A stretch of DNA of 63,838 nucleotides, the filler included, from Rozella allomycis CSF55 (lineage: Eukaryota), in assembly GCA_000442015.1 (NCBI GenBank). It is 11 parts of 11 records of this genome, joined end to end, with 100 filler letters (N's around TTAATTAATTAA, not from the genome) between each part and the next. Parts side by side here need not be neighbours in the genome. Positions count along the whole stretch, not along the records: positions 31,233 to 57,661 come from KE560917.1; 10 more parts are not named here. The stretch is one strand, 5' to 3'. The translations under genes were made by a program, and so were the position numbers. The notes under the pieces are model-generated. The model was given only the letters and a program-made list of their open reading frames with translations. It had not been told where the DNA came from and made no database searches. Positions 36,358-48,126 of this stretch are shown one piece after another. Numbering within the stretch: position 1 is the stretch's first letter; the number at the start of each line of letters is the position of its first letter.

Positions 36358-37993
36358 ATGACAACTTTTGTTTCTTTGAAAGACATAGAGTGTGGGGGAG
36401 AGCGGGCTGAAGAATATAAAGAAATGGTTAAAACTAAACGTCGCCGTGAAGAGGATGAGGATTACGACCCTACAGTTTATTGTATCTGTAGAGAGCCTGA
36501 TGACCACCGACTAATGATAGAATGTAATGCTTGTAGTGAATGGTAAAATAAATATTTTTGTCGTGACCAGGTTCCATGCCGCGTGTGTAGGCGTGTCAAA
36601 GAAGAAGGCGTCTGAGATGGATTTTTGGGTATGTCCAATATGTTCTGGCGAACAAGATCCTGTACCTGGACTATCTTCTAAAGCAGATTCGCGATATGTA
36701 AAAGGAAAAGTGTGCCTTGGATGTGGAAGGCCTGCGATGACGGATTCTAATGCGTGTAGTGAAGAATGCATGATAAAGAATTCTGAAAAGTTTATCTTGT
36801 CGCTTGCGAAGAAGGCAGAAATGAAGAAGCGAAGGGATATTTCAACGACGAATATGAGTCAGAAGAAACCTTCGATGGATGATAATTTAGACGTGAGGAA
36901 AAAGGTCAGAAATAGTTTAACGCAGTGCTTGAGTCCATTTTATGAAAAGTGTGAAGAAAAGAATATTGAGCTTGAAGATTTAGTAAAGGAAATTGAACAA
37001 GCGTTATTTCAAGAATTTCGAACAAATTCAATTGTTGGCGATAAATATCGATCTAAATTTAGAAGTTTAATTTTCAATTTGAAAAGACCAGAAAACGAAA
37101 GGTTGAGGCAGCATTTATTTTTAAAGGAAGTCAACGGAAAGCAATTAGTTTTAATGCCTCCAGAGAAAATGGCGTCAGAAGAATTGGAGCAAGAAATTAA
37201 AGCTATAAAGGAAGAGAGTTTAAGACAGAGTGTTCTAGTAGATCAAATTGAAGGAAAAATTCATAAAAAGACCCACAAGGGAGAAGTTGAAGTAATTCAG
37301 CCGGTTCAGCAAATCGATTATTCAAATTCAATTTCTGATTTTTCAGCTTCTGCAGAGAGTTTAGTTTCAGAGAATATTGACACAAATGTTACAAACATGA
37401 GCACTGCAAACATGAGTATCACAAATATGAGCATGACAAATACAAATAGTTTGCATTCATCAGTTAGCTTTGAAAATAACCTAATCTTGGAATCTGAGCT
37501 TGAAACTGATAATTTTGTCTTTAAGGGTACAATTGGCTCAGATGAAAATGAAATTCCAATCGAAGGAGTTCAGGTAGGTGGCCCAAGTTCTCTATCAGCG
37601 GCAATCTTCAACATTCTTCTTTCAAATACCCGGCTTGTTCCTGACGGTAGATTGGCTGTAAAGAAAGCTCTCGATTACTTGGAAAGCGTCAATAATCAAT
37701 CCAAGCGCAATATTGTCACAACGCTACTTTTAAGGCCTGCTGATAATTCTCCTCGCAATCTTTCTCGCTATGTAGCCTTTGCTGAACATTGGAGTTCCAG
37801 AGAAAAGGCTGTAGTCATCAAACAAGGATCCCAATCAACTTTTATTAAAGATTTTTACATTATCACTTTTGATAAAAACATTTCTTTACCTTCCTTTCTT
37901 AATCCTCACTCTTCAATTCTCTCAGATTCAGTTTCTAAAATCGATTCTGACAAGTTACTGTTTTGTACCCTAGTCCATTCTAAGGTAGAATAA
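36358..37993 (+). CDS. BYE1: PHD - TFIIS-M - SPOC-like transcription regulator (Bye1/DIDO1/PHF3 family)
   Basis: VYCICREPDDHRLMIECNACSEW|FHAACVG...WVCPIC (28-nt intron 36543-36570), KYRSKFRSLIFNLK, KKTHKGEVE, and a SPOC-like GRL...DYL. Confidence 0.85.
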
Positions 37994-38122
37994 ATAAACT
38001 ATATTTTTGTCTTTCTAAATTTAATTTTTCATTGTCATCTTTTTAAGATATAATTGTCTTCAAAATTTAATGCTTCTGTATTGTCATTTTCAAATTGACT
38101 TTCCAATTGTCGTGGCTGGGTA

Positions 38123-39855
38123 ATGGTAGAACATTATGTTCAAAAAACATTCTTTGAGCCCACCTACTGCTCTTCATGCGGCAGATTCATATGGGGCTTT
38201 TATAAACAAGGCTATCAGTCATCAAGTAAATACTAATCAACCACATATCCAGCATCAAAGCGATCATATCACAAGAAATGTATTCCCAACGATTCATTAA
38301 CCGATGCAACAGAGAAACATTCTATAAAATCATCACTTGAATCCAATGAAGTGTTTTCCCCAGTCTCAGAGTACTTTTACTCATCTCCGACTGTCTCCAG
38401 CGTGTCATTGTCAAGTGACAGCAGTTCAGAAAATGGATTCCTGTATAAAATATCAAAGCAAGCAAAGGAAAGAGAATTGAAAATACTCGAATGGGAACGC
38501 AAGGTTGCACCGCCCCTCAATTTTGTGTCCACGATGCCTAAAAATTTCACTAGATTCACGTTTAGAGTTGGTCCAATGTTTATGGCTATCGGTAATGCGT
38601 TGGATGCATTTTACAACAGATGGTCTATATGAAATCCTCACATGGAAGAACAAGACTGTGTCAACTGCTGCCTTCTTTTCCTTCGTGACAATTGTATTCT
38701 ATCCACAGTTGCTAATCTTAATGCCTCATCTACTGGTCGCCATGTTATATCTGCTGGCTCAAAAACATCAAAATGAGAACATCAGAGAAAGCGTCAGACT
38801 GAGGAGCAATATGCTTCATCTTCAGAACTTTGTAAAAATTTATTCAGACTTTTATGATTTGTCCTTTTTAACATTGAACTTGGCCATGAAATATTTAAAT
38901 TCTATTCCAGTAACGAAACGATCCAAGCTGCTTATCTCGTGGTTATCATCGTTTGGATTTCTGATAATTATTATTCCGATTATATCAATCAGGCTGATTA
39001 TTTTAATGTCTGGTAGTTTCATCTTACTAGGCGGTAATCCAACCATTCAGGCCTTTGTAATATACTGTTTGGAGAGCATTCGCATGATTGATCAGAAATA
39101 CATTCACAAAGTGATTCTTGAGACACTTGCAAAATATATTCCGATAATTAGAAAGAAAAGCGTTTCATTGGGCTTTGCAGTTCCCCTGTCTCTGATTGAA
39201 TACCATCCACTAAAGTTTATCAGAACAGTAGTAATTTATGAAAATGAAAGGTATTATCCGTGCATTGGATGGTCCAAGAGACTTTTATTCTACGATCCCT
39301 ATGAAATGTCGGATAGCAAGGGAAATCTTTGTTTGNGTTTCTGGTAGTTTCATCTTACTAGGTGGTAATCCAACCATTCAGGCATTCGTATTATATTGTT
39401 TAGAGGGCATTCGCATGATTGACCAGAAATACATTCACAAAGTTATTCTTGAGACTCTGGCAAAATATATTCCGATAATTAGAAAGAAAAGCGTTTCATT
39501 GGGCTTTGCAGTTCCCCTGTCTCTGATTGAATACCATCCACTAAAGTTTATCAGAACAGTAGTAATTTATGAAAACGAAAGGTATTATCCGTGCATTGGA
39601 TGGTCCAAGAGACTGTTATTCTACGATCCCTATGAAATGTCGGATAGCAGGGGAAAACTTTGTTTGAAATTGCAAGACTTTGATGATTTAAAATGTGATT
39701 GGTTAGATGAATGGCACATTGATAAGAAATTTGGTGATTTAGGCGGATGGCAATATTCTAATGTTATTTGGAAACATAAACGGAATAAGATGAACATGCT
39801 CTCTTTCACGAGAAGGAGGCGATGGATCAGAACATTTAAATCAAAATCTCTTTAA
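38123..39855 (+). CDS. Degenerate C1 domain plus Pex24p/reticulon-like membrane region plus dysferlin domain (Pex30/31/32-like)
   Basis: HYVQKTFFEPTYCSSCGRFIWGFYKQGYQ, EILTWKN, IYENERYYPCIGWS, GWQYS, FTRRRRWIR. Duplicated block around n 39336. Confidence 0.75.
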
Positions 39856-39939
39856 TATAATGTATTAATAAACATAATTGAATAAATATGATAAAATTAT
39901 TATTCTGTGGCTTGACCAAACCCTTGTCGAAACTTTTTC

Positions 39940-41679
39940 ATGTCCAAAGTCTCTGCATCGAAAGAAAAGCGTTTAAAGAAGAGGGCTTTAAAATCAGCAG
40001 AAACATCATTGTCTAATCTTAGTCTTGAGGACGTTTCAGGACAGCGCAGTGTTACAGGAGTATTGTCATCGCATCCACTGTCCCGAGATATAAAATTTGA
40101 AAATTTCAGTTTGCAGTGTTACGGTAGAGAGCTTATTTCAACGACCACGCTTGAACTTAACTTTGGGCGCAGATATGGTCTTATCGGAATGAATGGCAGT
40201 GGCAAGAGTACCTTGTTGAAATGTATTGCTGAGAGAGATTTAGAAATTCCCGAGCATATTGATATTTATTTGTTGGACCAGGGAGTGCCACCTAGTGAGT
40301 TGACTGCGCTTGAAGCTGTTATTGAGCTTGTGAAGCAGGAGCAGGAGAGACTTGAGTTGAAGGCGGAGGAGCTGGCTGGAGAAGCTGATTGTGACCATGC
40401 TCTTTTGGATGATATTTATGAGAGATTGGATGAATTGGATCCAAGTACTTTTGAGGCTAGGGCAGGAGAGTTGTTGCATGGGTTAGGGTTTTCTAAAACG
40501 ATGATGTATCGTAAGACTAAGGATATGTCAGGAGGATGGAGAATGAGTGTTGCATTGGCTAGGGCGTTGTTTGTTTGCCCAACGTTGTTGTTGTTGGATG
40601 AGCCAACGAATCATTTGGATTTGGAGGCTTGCGTGTGGCTTGAGAACTATTTGAAGAATTATAAGAGAATTTTGTTGATAGTTTCACATTCACAAGATTT
40701 CTTGAATGGAGTTTGTACGAACATTATGTACTTGAGGGAAAAGAAGTTGACTTATTGGAGTGGAAACTATGATAGTTTTATTCAAACAAAGTCTGAATTG
40801 GAAACTAATCAAATGAAGGCTTATCATAAACAGCAAGATGAAATTGCTCATATTAAGAAGTTTATTGCCAGTTGTGGTACATTTTCCAACTTGGTTAGGC
40901 AAGCGAAAAGTAGACAAAAAATTTTAGATAAAATGGAGGCTGATGGATTAATCCAAGAAGTTAAACCAGAAGCAACAATTCATTTTAGATTTCCAAACAG
41001 TGGGAAATTGCCACCCCCTGTAATTTCATTTATTGATGTTTCTTTTTCTTATGATGGATCTAAAGAAAATTATCTTTATAAAGATCTAGACTTTGGTCTA
41101 GACATGGAGTCTAGAATTGCTATCGTTGGAAAGAATGGAGCTGGAAAATCAACTCTCTTGAAATTGATTGTTGGAGAATTAATGCCAACTGAAGGAAGAA
41201 TTACAAAGCATCCTCACTTGCGTATTGGTCGTTATCATCAACACTCTGTAGATCAATTAGATCTTTCAATGACTCCAATCGATCACATGAGAACTAAATT
41301 TGAACACATGGCTCTTTCTGTAGATCAATGGAGATCTAGAATCGGTCAATTCGGTGTTACTGGAAACATGCAAACTCAACCAATGAGCTACATGTCTGAT
41401 GGGCTTCGCTCAAGAGTCGTATTCGCTGAAATGGCCTGCACCAATCCTAATCTTTTATTGCTTGATGAACCTACAAATACTCTTGACATGGACTGTATTG
41501 ATTCTCTTGCTGATGCTATCAAAGCCTTCGATGGTGGCTGTGTTCTCGTTTCTCACGATTTTAGACTTATCAATCAAGTGGCTGATGAAATCTGGGTGTG
41601 TGAAGATCAAACTATCACAAAGTGGGATGGCGATATCTTGGAATACAAAAAACATCTCATGAAAACCGCTACCAAATAA
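39940..41679 (+). CDS. ARB1: ABC-F family ATPase ARB1/ABCF2
   Basis: Two NBDs (GMNGSGKST, MSGGWRM, LLLDEPTNH; GKNGAGKST, MSDGLRSRV, LDEPTN), the linker IKKFIASCGTFSNLVRQAKSRQK, and no TM segments. Confidence 0.96.
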   Translation: MSKVSASKEKRLKKRALKSAETSLSNLSLEDVSGQRSVTGVLSSHPLSRDIKFENFSLQCYGRELISTTTLELNFGRRYGLIGMNGSGKSTLLKCIAERDLEIPEHIDIYLLDQGVPPSELTALEAVIELVKQEQERLELKAEELAGEADCDHALLDDIYERLDELDPSTFEARAGELLHGLGFSKTMMYRKTKDMSGGWRMSVALARALFVCPTLLLLDEPTNHLDLEACVWLENYLKNYKRILLIVSHSQDFLNGVCTNIMYLREKKLTYWSGNYDSFIQTKSELETNQMKAYHKQQDEIAHIKKFIASCGTFSNLVRQAKSRQKILDKMEADGLIQEVKPEATIHFRFPNSGKLPPPVISFIDVSFSYDGSKENYLYKDLDFGLDMESRIAIVGKNGAGKSTLLKLIVGELMPTEGRITKHPHLRIGRYHQHSVDQLDLSMTPIDHMRTKFEHMALSVDQWRSRIGQFGVTGNMQTQPMSYMSDGLRSRVVFAEMACTNPNLLLLDEPTNTLDMDCIDSLADAIKAFDGGCVLVSHDFRLINQVADEIWVCEDQTITKWDGDILEYKKHLMKTATK

Positions 41680-41730
41680 ATCTTATTCTATTATGGTGTT
41701 TCATATAAATATTATTCTATTCAATTATTT

Positions 41731-43001
41731 TTATTCAATATTATTTCTTTTGTTCATGTTTTCCATTTGCCTCTCATTCTAATAAACTTTCTAACTCTAT
41801 TATCAGCAAGAAATGCAATCAAATGCAAAATGCCTGGAATACCCATTCCAATCGATGCTGAAGACGCTAAATACATTTCGCTATTTGTCATCTACTCTTC
41901 AACTTCTGTATTCCCTTACCTGGTCAACGATCAGCACAAAGTATGAACAAATGGGTATAATCGGCCACAAAATGCATCTATAGAAGAAATGCATAGAATA
42001 CTTCTTGGGCTTCTTTTGCTCAACCTGCTTTTGTTTGCCAAGCTCATCAAGTTCATTTCCACTCTTCGTCTTCAAATCACTCGCATCAATCTTCTTCCCT
42101 GATCTCAATACGTCCACAGAAGAAGCGGCGCCGCCCAAACTATTCGTGCTTTTGATGGCATAAAAACTCTCAGAAAAGTTTTTAGATTTCATTGCACTAG
42201 CATGGTTCGATTCGCTATTAGATCCAGCATCATTTCTCAAATAGATTCTGTAACTGGTAAATAAAACTGCAAATAGTCCATATAAGACTGATAAACAAAT
42301 AGGGCCAAATAGAGTTGACCATATCCATACGACACTAATCACAAGTTTCTCTGGTGCATGGTCGGGATCATATTCAAACCAGCATGTACTATCAATCATC
42401 GATAACTATCTTTACTTGACTTCATCATTATAAGTGTATACATCACTGCCAAGAGGCAAACTCGCTAAAATAGCACTCACACAAAAAGGGAGCAGGAAGA
42501 ACAGTGCATGCTGCACATTGCTATAAATGCGGGCCTTGCCATTAATAAAAACCAACAAAAAGTGCTATCACTTTAAAAATACACACTTACTGTTGTTATC
42601 GCGGCAGTGGAGAGTACCATCAAGTTGCACGAAAACACATACAACCACATTTTCAGCAGACAATCATTTACGTCATTGAAGGATATCAAAACAACGGACA
42701 TGATCAAATCTGCGACAGCTATCATGCATGATATTTGCAAGTTTAGAAAATTCTGATGAAAAACTTTGCGATCTAATCTCCGCATGAGAAAGAACGCAGA
42801 TATCATGAATACACAGGATAATATGGATATTGAGCATATTATCACTGATGGGATACGGCTTTCAATAAACCCTTCAGGTCGTTCATGCTGCTCATGGTGC
42901 TCATGTTCTTCATCTTCCGGCAGAGTGTCCGTTGAATTTAGTTGGCAGGAAACAAGTAGTGCGAAGATTAAAATTAGTAAAAGCCGCCTGGGTTTGAACA
43001 T
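41731..43001 (-). CDS. GPCR-like 7TM protein (cAMP-receptor/Git3-like) with a signal peptide
   Basis: Signal peptide, then ISILSCVFMIS, IAVADLI, CWF, a long cytoplasmic loop, RCILWPIIPICS and GILHLIAFLAD. Short introns. Confidence 0.65.
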
Positions 43002-43274
43002 GAATTCGATGCCTTGACAACAAGGTTATGCATTTTACATGCTCGAGGGACGGAAGAATCGAAAAGGCTCGGAAGAAAAGAACATATTATATAATTGTAT
43101 AACAGTATTGATTAGAATACAGAATTGAACAACAGTGTAACTTTTGCATTGGGGAAAAATAGCGGCAAGAATGCATATGCAAAAGCCAAGTTGCCAACAA
43201 TTGAAACTTTCCATCTATGACTTTTATATTTCATAATTAGTTTTCAAATGATCTCTATTTCCTACCCTTGTCTT

Positions 43275-44988
43275 ATGGAGGAAAAAATAGTGCAGTTGCT
43301 TGGCTGGTTGAAAGATAACGGAGCAGTTATATCTCCCAAAGTAGAATTCAGGATTGGAAAAGTAAAAGATAAAATATATCGAGGCGTTTTTTCAACGGAA
43401 AGAATTGAAAATGGAGAGTGCTTATTAGATATTCCGGCTCATTTGACTATGAACCTGAAAACAGCCAGACATCATTTTGCTAAACACTTCGATAATTATG
43501 CATTGCAAAAATTATTTCTTCTAGATTCAACAATTATTATGGCAGTATTTTTGTTGCTAGAAAAGTGTGACACGAAACAGAAATCATTCTTCTGGCCTTA
43601 TATAGATTCACTTCCTGAAAATATAGATAATCCCATGCATTGGAATCAAAAGGAATTGGAATATTTGCAAGGAACAAGCGTTTATAACGCTGTGAAAATA
43701 CGAAAACTAGACTATGAAAATGACATTGAGAAAATTAATGATATTTTTGGAAAGGAATACGAAAATATATTTACAATTCAAAATTATACATGGGCGCGAT
43801 CTATAATTTCGTCAAGATCGTTTCCTGGCTGGCTGTATGAAGGAATTCAAAACGAATCGCGACAGGACTCCAAGTTTATAAGATTTGTTTCTGAAGCCAC
43901 ATGTGAAGTTTCTGTTGATGACAAACTGCTAGCTAGCCCTGTTCTAGTCCCTGCGCTTGACATGCTAAATCATTGCCTCGCTCAGCAAGTGACATGGAAG
44001 TCGTTTAGATCAAGCGAATCTCACCTAATAAAATTTCTAGCTGCTGATGATATCCCGGCGAAAACGGAAGTGTTTAATAATTATGGATCGAAATCCAATG
44101 ATTCCCTATTATTGGGATACGGTTTTGTTGTCTGTCGAAATCCATTTGAAAAATTCTGTGTGAAATTAAACGTGTCTCGTCATGATGATTTATGGCAATA
44201 TCGTTCAATGGCTCTGAAAAAGTTTGGGTACCATGAAATTCCGGAATTTGAGATATGTTTAGAGAATATTTTGCCTTCAAATTTATTGACTGTTATTAGC
44301 GTTCTTATTGCCAACGAGGCTGAATTGGGACAATTTTTAAGCGGGAAGCCGTTCACAATCACCCAAAGGAATCAAATTTCCTGCCTCGAACATCTTTCCT
44401 GCCTGTTAAAAAATGAATTAGAAAAATTGGGTCAGTTTAAAGTCAATGATGAAGTGAAACTTACAGAAAGGCTTGAAATGGCAATAACATACAGAGAGGG
44501 GCAAATGAATTTGTTGCAAAAGTCACTTGAAAAATGTCTAAACGTTAAAAAGATGATTTTAGGGGAAAATTTCAAGGAAAGATTTGTTTCCCAGATTAAA
44601 TTAGTCGAAGAATGTCCTCACTTAAATAACGTTCTTGGAGCGGCTGAAAAATACTTTGAATCTCTTGATCCTGAAACTTCCTTCATACTTTCATTAATAT
44701 ATTTTCTTTCATTTCCACCTGAGGGATCTTCCTTGCTTGAAGATGGGGTTTTGAAATTGATCAATTCTATCAATGTTGAAGATGTTGATGAGGCTATGGA
44801 TCAATATTTGCAAGATGTTGCGAATGTTTTTTCTTCGTGTGACCTTAAATTTGATGCAAATGACTTAAAAAGAGTCTCAAATCAAGTAATTTGTATGGTC
44901 GATGAGTATGGTCTTACAATTGATAGCGTNTATGGTCGATGAGCATGGTCTTACAATTGATAGCGTTTTTGGAGTTATCATCAATTAG
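43275..44988 (+). CDS. SET-domain protein lysine methyltransferase (Rubisco-LSMT/SETD3/Rkm-Efm type)
   Basis: YRGVFS, SFFWPYIDSLP, WARSIISSRSFP, LVPALDMLNH, EVFNNYGSKSNDSLLLGYGF. Small duplication at n 44930. Confidence 0.9.
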
Positions 44989-45026
44989 TGTAAATAAATG
45001 GATTTTTAATGATATTGTGATATTTA

Positions 45027-45659
45027 TTACCAAATATATGGAATCAATCTCCATCTTTGAGATATATGCTTGTACCACTCATCACCGAATTTTTCACATA
45101 AAGCTTGCTCTTCATTTCGTATTCTTCCCATTAATGCAATAATCAAAATCGACATGAACAATGAAAACGGTACCAAATTGAGACAGTGGTGATAAAAAAA
45201 GGTAAGATTGCACATTAAAATAGCTGTGTAGCTGGGATGTATCAGGTACTTGTAAGGCCCATCATTCACCAATTTGTGATCCTTAAACGTTCTCACTTCG
45301 TACGTAAAATATTTTCCTAATGCTCTGTACGATGCCAATCTCAATTTCAGTGATGCATATCCCAGTGCAAGACAAGCTATGTCTATCCACCCCATTGGCA
45401 TATTTTGAGTGCGCCTTTCATTGAATAGAAATTTCAAGGCAAAATCAGGAATTGATGAAAATACATTCCAATATAAACCTAAATATACAATCACCGAGAT
45501 GTAAGAAATTGGGAACAGAAAATTGAACCTTTTCTTGTTCATATACTGATCTTTTATCTTTGAATCTGACATAGATGGAAAGGCCTGTTTTGGTGGTTTT
45601 ACTATAAGTATGTAAAATATTGTATGTAGTAATGAAAAGATTAAGTTCGCCGAAATCAT
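45027..45659 (-). CDS. ICMT/Ste14-PEMT family membrane methyltransferase
   Basis: LRLASYRALGKYFTYEV..DHKLVNDGPYKYLIHPSYT, RIRNEEQAL..KFGDEW, RWRLIPYIW. Confidence 0.88.
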   Translation of the reverse strand: MISANLIFSLLHTIFYILIVKPPKQAFPSMSDSKIKDQYMNKKRFNFLFPISYISVIVYLGLYWNVFSSIPDFALKFLFNERRTQNMPMGWIDIACLALGYASLKLRLASYRALGKYFTYEVRTFKDHKLVNDGPYKYLIHPSYTAILMCNLTFFYHHCLNLVPFSLFMSILIIALMGRIRNEEQALCEKFGDEWYKHISQRWRLIPYIW

Positions 45660-45679
45660 GAAAATTGCAGAATCGCTAA

Positions 45680-45954
45680 ATGGCCTTTATAACTAAAGAG
45701 CATGTTCCTTTGATAAAATTTTTAGGGAAATTGAGAAATGGTAATGTGAACTTTACGATTCAAAAGCATCTTTATCATTAAAAGGAGGCACTTTGGCCAT
45801 CACAAAAGAAAAGAAAGCCATATACTTGGAAAAGCCGATTATCTCACTACCATACTCCAATGAAGAAATAGAAGCCATCCTAGTAAATATATTTTATAAA
45901 ATTGATCAGTCTGGAGGGGCGACAGCATTCGATCGTGTTTTGAAAAATAAATGA
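45680..45954 (+). CDS. KGD4: Kgd4/Ymr31/MRPS36, alpha-ketoglutarate dehydrogenase adaptor (missing from the ORF track)
   Basis: Three exons (introns 45741-45766 and 45883-45909) give MAFITKEHVPLIKFLGKLRN...YSNEEIEAILSGGATAF..., matching the N-terminal HxPLIKF and C-terminal EEIExIxSGGA motifs. Confidence 0.85.
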
Positions 45955-46149
45955 ATTTAATGAAACAAAAATTATTATATTCTGTTTCATTTTTGGCGTA
46001 TTTTTTGATTGGATCATATGTGTCATATTCATCAAAAAAATTGAAAGAAAATTTATTGGATTATCATGGGAATGGAAACGTCAAAATGTATCTAAGCTTG
46101 TCCTATAAGCAAGTTGGAGAGTTAATTTACCAAATCCGATTTCATAAAA

Positions 46150-47632
46150 TCAATGTCGTGAAGAGCACTTGTATTCCAGATCCCAAAAGAATTTAGAAAA
46201 TGCATCATCTAATTCAAATAAGTATTGAAAACCTTACCAGGTTATTCTCAACGTTTCCAAGAAACTCATTAGCATTACTGACCCTGGACAAAATTAGGTC
46301 CACCACTTCTTCGGGCTTTAAGCAAACATGAAAGCTAAAGAAATCATTCGGAGGAGAGCCATTTAATACATTTAAGATAAAATCGTGAGCAGAAGAAAGA
46401 CTATTTGAGGTATTAAGAATTTTGTACGGTTGGTCTCTTAACAGGAGGATGAAATCATATTTGTAGGATCCCAATTGATCAAAAACTTTATCCAAAAGCT
46501 GGATTTGTATTTCATCAACAAATTCTTGGGTAAATGATTCTACAATAATCAGATCTTGAAATGTAGACAATGAGATCCAAGTTAGACCCTGGAATTTATT
46601 TGAATCATATATAGTCGAATATTTAAATTTGGAATTCTCAAAAAATGAAGAACAATTTCTTAAGCAGTAGACGCCCATTGAAGCAAAGTCAATTTCCCCA
46701 TAATCAATGAATTTCTTTTCTGGTTCAATAAATGAAGGTTTAATTTCCTCTCTTGAAACATTTTTCTTTATGGGGGAATCTAAACCCATAATCATGAATT
46801 CAAAATCTATGTCTCTCTTCCTTTTGGCATCACTCGGCTTTTCCACGTTAATTAAATCATCACACGAGATTGCATCAAGAGGATTATTTTGAAATTCAAA
46901 GGGCTTTAACCAATCAGATATTTCTACATTTGACGCAAGAGTGTCCGCGTTTGTTTTAAACTTCCAAGATACCTTTGGGATCTCCAGCTCTGACAAATCG
47001 ATTTCATCCAAAAAATACTCAAAATTATATTCTGTAAACATTTTTGCATCTATTATTACTGAAAAAGACATATTTTTACATTCATATCCCTTTTGAATTC
47101 CTTGTGAAAGTAAGTTAGGAAAATCCATCATTTCTTCTCCACAAAGGGGTAAATTTACTTCTTCTTCGACGTTCTCAAGTGGTTTACAGACCAGAGTTTT
47201 CTTATTGAACACATCCGCAATAAATTCATCGTCAACAGATCCAAAGTCGTTTTCGATTGTAAAGGGCTGCAATATCAATTCATTCAAGGGTTCATGATAA
47301 TTTGGTAATAAATCCACATCAAATTTTAATGGTATGATTGGGTCTTCAATCCTTTCAGGTACAAAAGCCATTTCGATAAACTCGCTTTCAGTACAGAAAT
47401 TGTCGTTTGGAAACAAATCATCATCCAAAGTATGCTTTTCTGGTATATTTAACATATCGCGCAAAAAATTTTCACTTGGAATATTTGGTTTCGGTTTATA
47501 CGACCGCGACAAGTCAAACGAAAGCTCAGGCGCTTCTCCTATTGGCGCAAAAATTCTTGGAACTTCAATTTCTGAATTATTTTTTAAAACTCTTTTAAAA
47601 GACTCTTGTAGACGATATTTTTCCAAATACAT
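46150..47632 (-). CDS. Hypothetical acidic protein (~490 aa)
   Basis: 472-aa ORF ending at a GTAAGG donor, so the 3' end is uncertain. No family recognised. Confidence 0.65.
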
Positions 47633-47696
47633 ATATTGCCAGGGTTACTCATGCTAGAAAAATGATAATTTATTTACAGGCTCTAATTTTTTTAAT

Positions 47697-48089
47697 TTAC
47701 ACAAGAACACTTCCTAGATTCACATATTCGCCCTTCTTTCGTCCAGATATTTTCTTTTGAATAAATGCACTGAATATTATCCACGAGAAACCCAGCAATG
47801 TTCCACAAACATTAGCTAAAATATCAAACCAATCAAATACTTTATAAGGTAACAAACCCTGCACGCATTCACTGCCAAAACAAGTGGCAATGCATAGCCC
47901 AAAAGCTATTAATTTTCGTTCAAACATTCTAGCGACAAAAAATACTAACACAAAAAATGCCACAAAATGTGTTATCTTGTCATTAACATGCCAATAATCC
48001 GCGATATTTTTGTAAAAACCAAGAATACTTAGAAAAATTAAATATAAAACAAGTGAAATATAAAATACAAATGGTTGTCTCTTGAGCAT
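47697..48089 (-). CDS. VanZ-like family small membrane protein
   Basis: NDKITHFVAFF, SECVQGLLPYKVFDWFDILANVCG. Start placed at MLKRQ because the upstream ATG overlaps RSAD1. Confidence 0.8.
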   Translation of the reverse strand: MLKRQPFVFYISLVLYLIFLSILGFYKNIADYWHVNDKITHFVAFFVLVFFVARMFERKLIAFGLCIATCFGSECVQGLLPYKVFDWFDILANVCGTLLGFSWIIFSAFIQKKISGRKKGEYVNLGSVLV

Positions 48090-48126
48090 TATGGTGGCTT
48101 GGTCACTACTTGGTTTATTTTTGGAT

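Noticed and set aside
37385-37450. ACAAACATGAGC-like minisatellite
   Set aside because: It is a short coding repeat (TNMS) in a disordered linker of BYE1 and is unremarkable.
47697-48089. VanZ as an acquired glycopeptide-resistance gene
   Set aside because: VanZ-like membrane proteins are widespread in fungi, and there is no van cluster context.
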